From NCBI RefSeq assembly GCF_009914755.1, contig NC_060942.1: DNA of 64,000 nucleotides. The stretch is one strand, 5' to 3'. A model generated the notes under the pieces. It was not told where the DNA came from. It made no database searches and was given only the letters and a program-made list of their open reading frames with translations. Shown piece after piece: positions 12,797 to 25,789 of the stretch; the first letter of the stretch is position 1; every line of letters starts with the position of its first letter. Origin of the DNA: the human T2T-CHM13v2.0 reference genome, Homo sapiens. The position numbers were made by a program, and so were the translations under genes.

Positions 12797-13231
12797 CAGT
12801 GTTTTTGTTTCCTATTGGTGTGATAACACTTTACCACAAATTTAGTGGCTGAAAAATGACACACATTTATTATCTTATGGTTCTGGAAGTCCTAAGTCCA
12901 AAATGGTACAGCATAGCAATGTTATTTTCTGGAGTCTCTAGAAGAAAATCTGTTCCTTGCCTTTTCTGGCTTCTCGAGGAGGTTGCATTCCTTCATCAGT
13001 GGCCCCTATCCCTCTGACCTCTGCTTCCGTCCTCATGTCTCTGTCTCTGACTCTGCCCCTCCTGCCTCTCTCTTTTAAGGACGCTCGTGATTCCATTAAG
13101 CCCACTGGGATAACTCAGGATAATCTCAGATCTCAAAATACTTAACTGAATACCATTTGCAAAGTCCTTATTGCCAGGGCAGATCATGTAGTCACAGGTT
13201 TTGGGAATTAGGAGTGGAAGTCTTTGGAGGG
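12797..13231. mobile_element. MLT1 MaLR LTR
   Basis: ttaccacaaatttagtggctgaaaa ... catttgcaaagtcc ... ctaccac, typical of MLT1. Confidence 0.75.
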
Positions 13232-13349
13232 TGGTTCTTCCACCTACCACCTCAGCGTCCACTGACTGGGGGATGAATGACTGCGTGGCTACCGGAGTCA
13301 TTGGCTTATGTGCTTTTCCCTGCTGTGCCTTTGATGCAGACCTTCTCTG

Positions 13350-13517
13350 ATGGATGACCTCTGTGAAGCAAATGGCACTTTTGCCATCAGCTTATTTAAA
13401 ATATTGGGGGAAGAGGACAACTCAAGAAACGTATTCTTCTCTCCCATGAGCATCTCCTCTGCCCTGGCCATGGTCTTCATGGGGGCAAAGGGAAGCACTG
13501 CAGCCCAGATGTCCCAG
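13350..13517 (+). CDS. SERPINB8: Serpin B8 (PI-8, furin inhibitor) exon 2, codons 1-56; exon starts at 13340
   Basis: [56 protein letters not shown]; acceptor tgcag| at 13339; donor |gtatgt. Confidence 0.98.
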
Positions 13518-14479
13518 GTATGTGTGCTTGTCACAAAGGAAGGAGAACAGTGTGTTTCCCTTGTGCTTCCATACAGCTGTCTTTCTGTACTTTTGCTCTA
13601 GCTGAGGCCTGTGGAGCTGGAGGTAGAAGGAGGAGCAGCTCGGCAGTGGAGAAGAGCAGAAAGGGGTAGAAAGGTGAAATGTGTTGGACAGATCATCTCC
13701 TCTGATGTTTATGGGAGAAGTCAAGCCATAGAGTTATTTTCTCTAGATCAGATCATCAATACAGTCTGGCAAATTCACATCTTTGATAAGTAGGATAAAG
13801 TATAATTCTGTCCCACAAGAAAGCAAAATATTCCAATTTTGTTACATTTTAAACTTTTGCTAACATTATATTTTTAATAGACATGTGGGTGCGTAGATTA
13901 ACTTTTTGTTAAGTGGGTTATTTTAGTGCATGATTATGCATCCTAGAAGAGGAATGTAACACAAGTGTGGACTTATATCTTCTGGAGTGATTTGAGGAAT
14001 ATATAATCTGTTTGATTCAAAATGGTGATGTATGACCTTATCTACAAACGAGGTGTGGGATAATGCTTTAGGAACAGTTCTCTGACTATTGGTGAAGATG
14101 TCCCAGATAATTGCCAAATGGATATCATTTTGCCACCAATATCAGGAGTGTATAGACAATCTCCTAAAATGCACCCAGGGACCCCAGTTGACATCCTTCT
14201 GTGGTTGTTTCTTTCAACTGATTGGAGGAGTGAGGCTTTGGACTGGGGGTGATCGAGAGATATAGGAATAACCTTAATTCTCACTCTGACTTGACATTTA
14301 ATTTATAATATGGTCTGGAGAACTTCTGTAAAATTGCAGATGAAACATTTTTAGTTTTATTGCTGCTTTTGTTTGTATTACCCGAGTTGTAATTCATCCC
14401 AGTTACTTACTTTTTTCTGTTCTGCCTTCCCCCTGAATTATCGCACACTGCCTTGCTGGCATGAATAAATTTGCTAGAC

Positions 14480-14712
14480 TAGTGGTTCTCACCTGGTGGG
14501 TGGGAGGTAGGGGTCGGTGGGTGAATTTTTCCTTCCTGGGGACCCTTGCGAAGACCTGGAGTTTTAGATCCCATAACTGAGAGGTGCTACTGACATCTAG
14601 TGGATGGAAGCCAGAAGTGCTGCAAAAATCCTACAATGCTTATATGAGACAAGGAAGTGTCCTGGCCCCAAATGTCAATGCTGCATTGCCCACGTTGAGA
14701 AACCCTGTGCTA
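14480..14712. mobile_element. MER20 (hAT-Charlie)
   Basis: tagtggttctca ... ggtgctactgacatctagtg ... gttgagaaaccctg; a second copy lies at ~18069-18245. Confidence 0.7.
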
Positions 14713-14841
14713 GACAATTAGGCCAAACCTTTTTAAAGTAGGATCCTGTGTGGTTTTTTTAGTACAGAGGTTTGTTTGGAGAAAGCTCTTTGGGAGAGTA
14801 TAATGGCAGCGTTAAAAGTCAGTGTTGGTTTCTGTTCCCAG

Positions 14842-14979
14842 GCACTTTGTTTATACAAAGACGGAGATATTCACCGAGGTTTCCAGTCACTTCTCAGTGA
14901 AGTTAACAGAACTGGCACTCAGTACTTGCTTAGAACTGCCAACAGACTCTTTGGAGAAAAGACGTGTGATTTCCTTCCA
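14842..14979 (+). CDS. SERPINB8: Serpin B8 exon 3 (138 nt)
   Basis: [46 protein letters not shown]; ccag| and |gtaagt. Confidence 0.98.
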
Positions 14980-16046
14980 GTAAGTAGTATTCACATATTG
15001 ATGACAAAGAAATTGAAAGTAAGTTAGACTACAGAAGAGCAGATAATAAAGTATAACTGTACTGACTTAAAACGTGCTTGGAATTACACTTCTGAAATTA
15101 CAATTTTAGATTTTATGATGACTTCTGAATTACGTCCTTTGTAAATTGTTACTGATACACCCATCCCTGTTATCAATCCCAATATGTCAATTCTCCTGCA
15201 CGCAGCCCTGCTTCTCCCCCTTAATTCCCTGTCCCTGAGTGACCACATCATTCAACACGCTGTACAGAGCTCCTCCCCAGTCCCATGTGTGGTTATTCGG
15301 CTGCCTCCTGCTGAGGTAGCCTCTCAAATTCTCTTAAATTTGCCCGCCCTCTTCTGAATTGCACCTACAACTGACACAATCGTCTTTCTAAAATGAAAAT
15401 CTGTTCATAAAATTGAGGTTTTAAATCTAAGCAGTTTCTATTTACTTCAGCATATAATTCCAAGGTTCCCTAGTCCAGCCTGGCATAATGCAATCAGTGA
15501 GGTTCAAAAATCATGCCACCTGATATGCAGGGTGATGTTGTCTTAAAATTAGTGAACTGATTGCAGCAAGCTTGGCCATCCTATTGGCTGGAGGTTCTGA
15601 GAGGACTCCTCTAAGGCTCAAATACATCCCTGTCCTGGTAGCTGCTGGGTGCTGTTCCCGGAATTTGCCTGCTCTGGGTTTATCTACCTCAGAAGGTGAC
15701 TTTGGATCCCAGGAATCTCCTGATGAATCCATTTCATTTTTGAACATCAGCCTGATCTACTACTGTTGTAATACTTGGGACACAGGGAGCCAACCTCTAC
15801 TTTTCCTGGTGGCTTGGCTCCTCCTTCCCTCTATATCCTCTTTCTTTGGCTGAAATTAAAATATTTGAGAACAGGGAATGGACAGAGGCTGGGAGCCAGT
15901 TTCCAGGCCTATTATATCCAAAGCCAGGTTTTTGTGAGGTAAGTTATCTGGGTTTTAATGTGTTGGGTACAGGACTTTTCTGATTGGACCCCAACTTACA
16001 TTTCAAGGCTCTTCCCCTGCCACTGTTTCCCTTAATCCCCTCCCTG

Positions 16047-16202
16047 ATACACACAAACACACATACACATGTACACACACACACAAACATGCATGCAATC
16101 CACACACATGCAGGTGCCCAAGCACTCACATGTACACATGTGCACTCATGCACACAGATGTTCACACGCATGCACACGTATGAACCCAGTTGCACACACA
16201 CC
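16047..16202. repeat. Degenerate (CA)/(CACATG) simple repeat
   Basis: Read directly; alternating purine-pyrimidine tract. Confidence 0.9.
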
Positions 16203-16761
16203 CTATGATCCAGGCCTATCACGCTCCATTCCCATGGGGCCTTCCTTGCTCTGTATTCTTCCAACCAACCATATGACCCAGATCTAAAATGCTATTTCCT
16301 TCTTTGCAGTTCAACACGATTTCTTAACAATCTAGTTCCCTTATAAAGCCTCTCGTTTAACCAAAACCACAATACTGTAGTTGGTGCTGGTGATGCAAAA
16401 TGAGTAAAAGTGTGTTAGACTGCCTAGTGAGGGAAGCAATATTAAAGTCAGTGGAGAGCGTTTGACAAGGATGCTCCTGTGATGTTTTGTGGATAGTGGC
16501 AGCTCATGATGTCCTGTAAGTGTCTGGGTGTCTCAGCTGCCTCTTCTCAGGCTGTGGACCTCCTCAAGCCAAGCACCTTGCCCAGTACCAGGCAAGAATA
16601 GGTGGCCCATACATTTTTGTTAATTGCACGCATGCACCTTGAAGTGGAGTGTGACCTGTCCAAGCACTTATTGTAGAAATGCAGTAAGAGAAAACAAAAT
16701 GCTTTTGCATTTGTGGGAACCTTTACCAAATGAGACTAAACTCAGTGTTTTGTGTTTGCAG

Positions 16762-16879
16762 GACTTTAAAGAATACTGTCAGAAGTTCTATCAGGCAGAG
16801 CTGGAGGAGTTGTCCTTTGCTGAAGACACTGAAGAGTGCAGGAAGCATATAAATGACTGGGTGGCAGAGAAGACTGAAG
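16762..16879 (+). CDS. SERPINB8: Serpin B8 exon 4 (118 nt)
   Basis: [39 protein letters not shown](G); tgcag| and |gtgaga. Confidence 0.98.
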
Positions 16880-18619
16880 GTGAGACAGTTTCATTTCTGT
16901 TGATTTGGAATTACTATACAACGAGGCTTAGATTGACTGGGATGGGACTTCCCAGGGTGTTGCCACTGTGACCTGCATACCACAGGCCTGTTTGTATGTG
17001 TTTGCTGAGTTTACAGGCCAGCAATGCAACTCTGTCATTTCTTATCAGATCATGAAGTACTGATTTCTAAAACTAATGTTGAATCTCTGACCTCCTCCCC
17101 TGTGGACCGTGCTGGAAAATCCCTGGAAAATGGCTCCTCCTTGGAATTCTGTTAATCTTCTATCTGAGAGGCCCTTCCATGCTCGGAGACAGAATGGCAT
17201 TCAATTAAGTTGCGGCTTAGAGAGGGCAACATTTCATGCTCTCATGTTATCTCCTCCGCGTGGTAATGGGACAGCTCAGTAGTTTGATCTGCAGCCTTCT
17301 CCTTCCTTTTTAACTTGGCCATGGCTACATTTGCTCTCAGAGTGTGGCCTTTTCTGAATTTGTTCCCTATTCTGGAGGTGCAGCGACATGGAGCCTGCAG
17401 TGTTCCCTGCCCAGACCACATTCCATCCCACCAGAAATATTTCTGCCAGTTCTTTACTTCAGTAGGAAAAAGGGGGAGTCATACTTTAAAGCATCCTAAA
17501 TACCTAACAAGTAATTTCGATACTTGTAAACGGTGGAGGAATTAAGTCACTTATTTCAAGGGCCAACCTAGCACTCATTATTGCATCCATTCCATCCTAT
17601 GTCGCAACCACTGTGTGTCCAGCAGAAGTAATGCCCCTGATTCTACTGAAAGCCAATACAATAATTACCATGGGAAGGGAAGAGCCTTTTGTGTTTTCAT
17701 ACATCATCTGCCTAGTGGTCTTTCCAGTTGTTCAACAGTACTGTCACCTGAGGAACCTAGAAGTTTCTCCACACCTTCCCCCCACTGCCCTATACCTGTC
17801 ACTGCTCTTCCAGGGCTGCTTATGCCCTTCCTTCCCTTAGGCTGACCACCCACATTTCCCCCAGAATATTAGAGCTGAAGGGGACCTTGGAGATGACCTT
17901 GTTACCCTCTCATTGGACAACTCAATTTGGGCCCCTCTATTCTACCCCCCTAATTCCTTTGCCCCATTCACCCCCTTCAGAGAGGCTGCCTTCTCCCATT
18001 GACAGATCTGTGTTCTCTCATCCTTTGGAAAGCTTTCCTTGTCTGATGAGGTTTGAATATATGCATAGAGCAATGATCCTCAACCAGGGGTAGCTTTGCC
18101 CTCCAGGTGCCATTGGATAATGGCTGAAGACAATCTTGGTTGTCAAAATGGGAAGAAATGCTGCTGGCTAAACATCCTACAATGCACAAGACAGCCCCCA
18201 TAACAAAGAATTATCTGGCTTAAAATGACAATAGCGGTGAGGCTTGGATATGATAGTGCCAAGGTTGACTGCCCCATAGTCAGAATCAAGACTCTGGGGT
18301 GATGTTCTCAACTCAGCCACTTGTCACCTGTGTGCACTCAGCAAAAGTCTGGCAAATGCTCTGGTCCTGAATTTCTACATCCATAAATTGAGGGCAAAAT
18401 GATAGTTGCCCTTCCTACTTCAAGATTTTTTTCTTAAGCACAAATGTTACACTGTGTATGCCACACTGCTAAACACCATCGCCTAATTCATCAGGGGCCC
18501 AGAAAGACAGAACTCCAGCCTGTCTCTCAACCAAGCCTCTGCCTTATGTGTCAAAGGGATTTTTGTAAAAGAATGCTTATTTCCCCACAAATTGCAATAA
18601 ACTCTCATATTCTTTATAG

Positions 18620-18762
18620 GTAAGATTTCAGAGGTACTGGATGCTGGGACAGTCGATCCCCTGACAAAGCTAGTCCTTGTGAATGCCATTTATTTCAAGG
18701 GAAAGTGGAATGAGCAATTTGACAGAAAGTACACAAGGGGAATGCTCTTTAAAACCAACGAG
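18620..18762 (+). CDS. SERPINB8: Serpin B8 exon 5 (143 nt)
   Basis: (G)[47 protein letters not shown] with the conserved NAIYFKGKW motif; tttatag| and |gtaggg. Confidence 0.98.
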
Positions 18763-18867
18763 GTAGGGAAAGATTTTTCAGATATACTGCTACTTTCTTA
18801 AAGTAATATTACAGGAAATATTCTCTTGGAAAAATGAATAATTTATTTGACATGATCTTGATTTTAA

Positions 18868-19194
<327 letters not shown>

Positions 19195-20134
19195 TGAATG
19201 AATTTAATGCCTCCTGTGTATCTTTAATGGCGGAAGGAAGAGAGAAACAAAAATAATTTTGGTATTGATAGTTTTGTTTTTCCATCTTTGATCAAATCTA
19301 CCTTCCATCTCTGGTCATATGATTTGGATTGGAGGAGAATTTCTTCTAAGCCTTGGAATTATGTTTGCATGATGCTATTACTCTCTGTATTTAGTTAGAT
19401 ACCTTTTTGCAATATCAGTGGCAACTATGCCTATTTATTGCCTTAAAAGTCAAAGTTATACAATCCTGAGCACAAGAAAAAAAAGTTAGCAGATGTAAAG
19501 CCTAACTTTACGTTCCCTTTTGAATATTAAAATGGCTGGTATCAATAGTTGTTAGCTTGGGATTTGACATCCATCAAATATGATACTCTCATATTGCACA
19601 AAGATATGAAAGTTAAAAATATATTTGATGCAGGCTTTAAAAACAGCAGACCTTACACATCTCTTCAAGGTCCCCTTCCTAAGAAAGCCAAGGCCATAAA
19701 ACCAATTCTACAACAAGGCAACTTTCCAGAGTTTGGACCGTACATCTTTTCTAACCAGATCCTTCAGCCCAAGGGCCTGAATATTTATCTTAACTTCGAT
19801 AAAGAATTTTTAGTTGGAAGCTTCCATGAGAAAGCTTCTCTGTGAATGTTCTCAAAAAAGCAAACACAGCTTCTTCCAAGGATAATGTCAATTTTTGTGT
19901 CCTTCTCCATTTACCAAACTGTTTTTTTTTTTCTCACCTGGTAATATTTGATCTGCTGGAACAATAGCTTGTTCTATTCAATACTAAGATGTACTAATGA
20001 AGATTTTATATCTATCAGCATAAATGTGCAGAAACAGTAATTATACACACCTAGAGTTTCTGTGAGTTAGATATATCCTATTTTTAGTAAATTATACCCA
20101 CTTTTCAGTAATCGAACTTTAATTTTTCCGTTAG

Positions 20135-20287
20135 GAAAAAAAGACAGTGCAGATGATGTTTAAGGAAGCTAAGTTTAAAATGGGGTATGCGGATGAGGTA
20201 CACACCCAGGTCCTGGAGCTGCCCTATGTGGAAGAGGAGCTGAGCATGGTCATTCTGCTTCCCGATGACAACACGGACCTCGCCGTG
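20135..20287 (+). CDS. SERPINB8: Serpin B8 exon 6 (153 nt)
   Basis: [51 protein letters not shown]; gttag| and |gtaagc. Confidence 0.98.
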
Positions 20288-20621
20288 GTAAGCTCCAGGC
20301 AATGAGCCTGAGTATCTGTGGAGTCCAGCTGAGCTCATTTCTTTATGTTCATCTACCAATTGGCATTTGAGGAGTTTCCAGTTGGGGTTATTACAGGCAG
20401 TGCTGGGTGAACATCATTGTGTGTCTTTTGATGAACATGTTCATGCATTTCTGTTGAGTGTATACATATATGAGTGGACAAGTTTTGATGAAGCTAAGAA
20501 GAGAGAGTTCTAAATATATTATTATTTGGAATATTATTCTTTATTCTGCATGGAAGGTCTATTTGAAAGCCCAATGATTATTGCACAAAAGTCCTGGAAG
20601 AAGGGTAGGGATCAATCTTGG

Positions 20622-20770
20622 CAGTGATTCTCAAACACTAATGCACATATATGATTCTAGTGATCTTGTTAAAGTGCAGATTTTGATTCAATGGAGTGTG
20701 GCCTGAGATGTTGCATTTGTAACAAGATTCCAAGTGATACAGATGCTTGGAACCACACTATGAATAGCAA
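20622..20770. mobile_element. MER5-type hAT element
   Basis: cagtgattctcaaac ... ttgttaaagtgcagattttgattc ... accacactatgaatagcaa. Confidence 0.65.
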
Positions 20771-21299
20771 AAGTCTAAAGTACAGGTGGGAAATTTACCT
20801 TATACAAGAGGAGAGAAAAGTCTTACTGTGACAGAAAAGGAACAGAGTCCAGGAAGGGAAGTGGTAAACTTGCAAGGTAGGAGGTGCAAGACTAATAGTG
20901 CACTTGTAAACCAGCTCTGGGAGGTGGGAGAAGCCTTCATTTATAAAGTTTGCTGATTCTCATGACATGGTAAATACTCCCACCATGGCCGACTTTAGTC
21001 TACTGAGGGTTTAACAATTGATAGGGGTCAGCTCTGGCACACCAATGCACAGGATGTTGAGGGTGGGCTGCTTGATTTTCCTGGCTTCCCTTTGGAATCA
21101 GAAAGCTACTGCCCTAAGTCAGGGATGACATCTGTTGTGGCCACTTATGAGAAAATTAGGAGAGTCTAGAAATAGAGTCAAAATCAAAACAATGCTCGTT
21201 GGAGAGGAGTACCCACCTGGGCTCCAGTTGTTAAAGGGAAGGGGAGATGCTAGTGGAAGGCCTTTCTCCCTTTTTTCTTTCTACCTTATTGATAAATAG

Positions 21300-21695
21300 A
21301 AAGAGTGATGGATCTTGAAGAATTTGAAGCTAACTCCAGGACAGGCAGAGGACAAACAAGGATGCTGATGAAGTCTTCTTGCATTCCCCATTTCTCGTCT
21401 CATGCTCCCTTCTCATGCCTCCCTTCATCTTCAGATGAAACACAATTCCCTCTCTTTTACTCTGAGTTGCCCTCTGATTTAACCCTGAATAGTCCCCTCA
21501 TTAGACTCAGAAGCAGAGTTCTGAGCCATGCTCTTTGTCTTTTGTCAAACAATCTCTCCCACTCACAGTAGTATGTATTGCATGAAGATTAATGTAATGA
21601 ATTGGTTAGAATTTTCTAAACTGTTAAAAAATGTTTTTAACATTTGAAAGGAGTTAGGTACAAATTGTTTTTATTAAAAATTTCTGCCTGTCTCA
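21300..21695 (+). other. SERPINB8: Alternative terminal exon in intron 6 (adds K-E-stop; 242-aa truncated isoform)
   Basis: Pyrimidine tract at ~21261-21290, AG at 21298-99, AAA GAG TGA at 21300-21308 in phase with exon 6, ATTAAA at 21673-21678. Matches my recollection of a 242-aa SERPINB8 isoform. Confidence 0.7.
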
Positions 21696-21915
21696 GGTGT
21701 TTACTAGCTCTTTTACACTTGTCTCCATAAAACTGTGAAAAGATGAAAATTTGGGAGAAAATCTTGGTGTGTTTATAAAAGAAAATATCTGTAGATTTTC
21801 TTGGACCAGAACTCACCATCTAATTGCATGTCATTGGGGGAGGGGTAATAAATGGGTGTGTGGGTATCAGGCTATTGTCATCTAAATTTTAAGGTTTGAG
21901 TCTTTCTTATCCTAG

Positions 21916-22320
21916 GTGGAAAAAGCACTTACATATGAGAAATTCAAAGCCTGGACAAATTCAGAAAAGTTGACAAAAAGTAAGGTTCAAGTTTTCCTTC
22001 CCAGATTAAAGCTGGAGGAGAGTTATGACTTGGAGCCTTTCCTTCGAAGATTAGGAATGATCGATGCTTTTGACGAAGCCAAGGCAGACTTTTCTGGAAT
22101 GTCAGCTGAGAAGAATGTGCCTCTGTCCAAGGTTGCCCACAAGTGCTTCGTGGAGGTCAATGAGGAAGGCACAGAGGCTGCCGCAGCCACTGCTGTGGTC
22201 AGGAATTCCCGGTGCAGCAGAATGGAGCCAAGATTCTGTGCAGACCACCCTTTTCTTTTCTTCATCAGGCGCCACAAAACCAACTGCATCTTGTTCTGTG
22301 GCAGGTTCTCTTCTCCGTAA
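21916..22320 (+). CDS. SERPINB8: Serpin B8 exon 7 coding part (codons 241-374 + TAA), contains the reactive centre loop
   Basis: Hinge [24 protein letters not shown], signature [12 protein letters not shown], terminal GRFSSP. Exon sum 168+138+118+143+153+405 = 1125 nt. Confidence 0.99.
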
Positions 22321-22418
22321 AGAGGAGCAATTGCTGTACATACCCTCCTTTCCTTCTACCTATCTTGCCTTAATTAACATTCCCTGTGACCTAGTTGGTG
22401 CAGTGGCTTGAATGCCAA

Positions 22419-22424
22419 AATAAA
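22419..22424 (+). terminator. SERPINB8: Proximal poly(A) signal AATAAA
   Basis: AATAAA ~100 nt after the stop codon, followed by GT-rich sequence (gtgtgtg). Confidence 0.7.
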
Positions 22425-24385
22425 GCGTGTGCACTGGATAGTGTGTGAAAGTCTTTGCTGAAAGTTCCAGAGCCATTGAGAATAACTGAGGCCGCAGATG
22501 CATGAAATTTGGGCCTGGGAAGGCTATGCTGGTTTTGGAGTGTTTGGGGTGCCTGCCATTGCCTCTGCCTTCACCTAAGTCTGTGCCCATTGTTTCAGGG
22601 GATCTTATGGAGCATCTCAGGGCTTCAGGAGCCAGCCCTCTTCCATCCGCCCGGCTCTGCCCACCACCACTGCCAGGCTGAACAGGGGACTAGTGCCCAG
22701 GTGACACTGCACACAAAGCCAAGGGCAAACCCTATAGAGTAAAGCTGCAGCCACCCTGTGTCTCATGTGCAGCTGAAATAGTGATCTGCTTCTGTCACTG
22801 TCACATAGACAGCCCTGCATGCCCCCTGTCTCACACAGTTTGTAATGAAGACAGCTCCTTCTCATCTTTCCATAAGCCTGAGATACAAGTTCAGGGACTC
22901 AGCAATGCACTTTAGGACTGAGCTAGGAGGCAAATATCTGAAGCTTGCTATGCTGTTCTTTCCATTCCTTTTCCCTCTGAAACACACAAAATACCAAAGG
23001 AACTTACGCAACACACCACTGAGTCCTCTAACTAATCATATGTGCTCAGACACAGCTCAAGCACACCCCTTAGTTAAGAAAGAACCTCCATATACATTAA
23101 TTTTTTTCTGCCTAAAAATAAAATTGCGTTGTGGCAGCAATTTGGAAACTACAGCAAAGTCTCCAAAAAAATTGAAGTCACCCACAATTCCAACACACAG
23201 CAATCACTGCTGTTAATAGTGATATACATCCTTCCCTATTATGTGTATGCAAATAGAAATTTATAAGCATTTTACTACAAGTTAATCATATCCTTCAGTA
23301 GCTTATTTCTTCCCTTATGAAAAACCTCCCTTAAGATCTTTCCAGGTCATCAATTTGATGTGCATAGTATTCCACTGTGTGGCTGGATTTCTATAATTGA
23401 ATCTAATTTTAGACAGTTTGAGTAATTAAAATTATTTCTATTAACAAATAATAGATTGCTAATAATATATATTATGCTGTTTTGGATATACTAAATATTT
23501 GCTCACATCCTTAATATATTTTTTAAAATTCCTAACAATAGTACTGTTGAGATAAAAGTTGAGCACATTTTGAGACTTCTTCCAAATTGGTCCCTAGAAA
23601 GTTACACTGGTTTGTACTCTCACTTATGTCACTGTTTATACCACCACTGACTGCTGCCTGCTTTATTATTTCTTTAATGAGTTGGACTGAACAGTGGTTA
23701 ATCCTGACTCTGTTTTTGACTGACAGTTAACAGTTACATGAACCATTCATATTACAGCTCTTACTTAAATTTGACCAAGCCAGGATATATCTGTTAGGCC
23801 ACATTCATTTAGGGATCATGTTTTCCAAAGCAGGTTTGGGCAAAATTAATCCACAGGACTGAAAGGTATACATCTGTGAGTTTTGTTCTCACTTCCACCT
23901 CTAATTTGAAGAACACTTTAATTGACACAGAATACATTTCACATATTTAACCTCTACAATAAGTTCTGACACATTTTCCATGAAACAAACCATCGCTATA
24001 TTCAAGATAATGAACCTATCTATCATACTCCCAAATTCCTTCTTGCATCTTTGTAATTTCTCACTCTTCCTTCTCCCTCTCCCCGTCCCATCCCAACCAC
24101 TGATCTGCTCAGGCAACTACCAATCTTCTTTCTGTCACTATAGATTAATTTGCATTTTTAAAGAAATTTACATACATGGAACCATACATCATCTATGCTT
24201 TGTAGTATGACTCCTGTCACTCAGTACAATTATTTTGAGATTCATTTATGTTATTGTATGTATCAATAGTTCATCCCTTTTATTGGTAAGTAACATTTTT
24301 TTGTATAGGTATACCATGATTTGTTGATGAACAAATTTACCTGTTGATGAACATTTACGTTGTTACCAAGATTTTTGCTATTGAA

Positions 24386-24391
24386 AATAAA
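24386..24391 (+). terminator. SERPINB8: Distal poly(A) signal AATAAA (long 3' UTR), inside an antisense L1
   Basis: AATAAA followed by T/GT-rich sequence; a further AATAAA lies at 23117-23122. Confidence 0.55.
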
Positions 24392-24703
24392 GTTTTTATG
24401 AATATTTATATATATACATCTTTGTATGGACATATGTCTTCATTTCTTTTGTATATAGATACATAGAAGTAGAATGGCTGGGTCATATGGAAGGTGTAAG
24501 TTTAACTTTTTAAGGATCTGCCAAATTGCCTTTGAAAGTGGTTGTATCATTTAACATTCCCAGTAAAGCCTAGGAGAGTTCTGGTTTTTCTCTCTTCTCA
24601 CCAATACTTGGTACTACCAGTGTTGTTACTTTCAGCGTGTACCGGCTTTTGGTTGCATTTCCCTAATGCCTAATTATGTTCAGCATTTAAAAAAATGTGC
24701 TTA

Positions 24704-25418
<715 letters not shown>

Positions 25419-25526
25419 TTTTGTTTTCTTATTGTATTTTGAGAAATCTCGTGATATGGCTACCAAATCTTTTATCATATATGTGATCTGAAAACATTTT
25501 TCTCCCAGCTCATGGCTTCAATTTTC

Positions 25527-25789
25527 ATTTCTTTTTTTTTTCAATCTTTATTTTGCACACTTTATTTTTTTACTATACTTTAAGTTTTAGGGTACATGTG
25601 CACAATGTGCAGGTTTGTTACATATGTATACATGTGCCATGTTGGTGTGCTGCACCCATTAACTCGTCATTTAACTTTAGGTGTATCTCCTAATGCTATC
25701 CCTCATCCCTCCCCCCCACCCCACAACAGGCCCCGGGTGTGATGTTCCCCTTCCTGTGTCCATGTGTTCTCATTGTTCAATTCCCACCA
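25527..25789 (-). mobile_element. Short L1PA 3'-end insertion
   Basis: tatactttaagttttagggtacatgtgcacaatgtgcagg ... aattcccacc; short TSD catttct. Confidence 0.9.

Noticed and set aside
21916-22320. 134-aa ORF as a stand-alone gene
   Set aside because: The 'M' is GTG (Val241) at the exon-7 acceptor; it is the last exon of SERPINB8.
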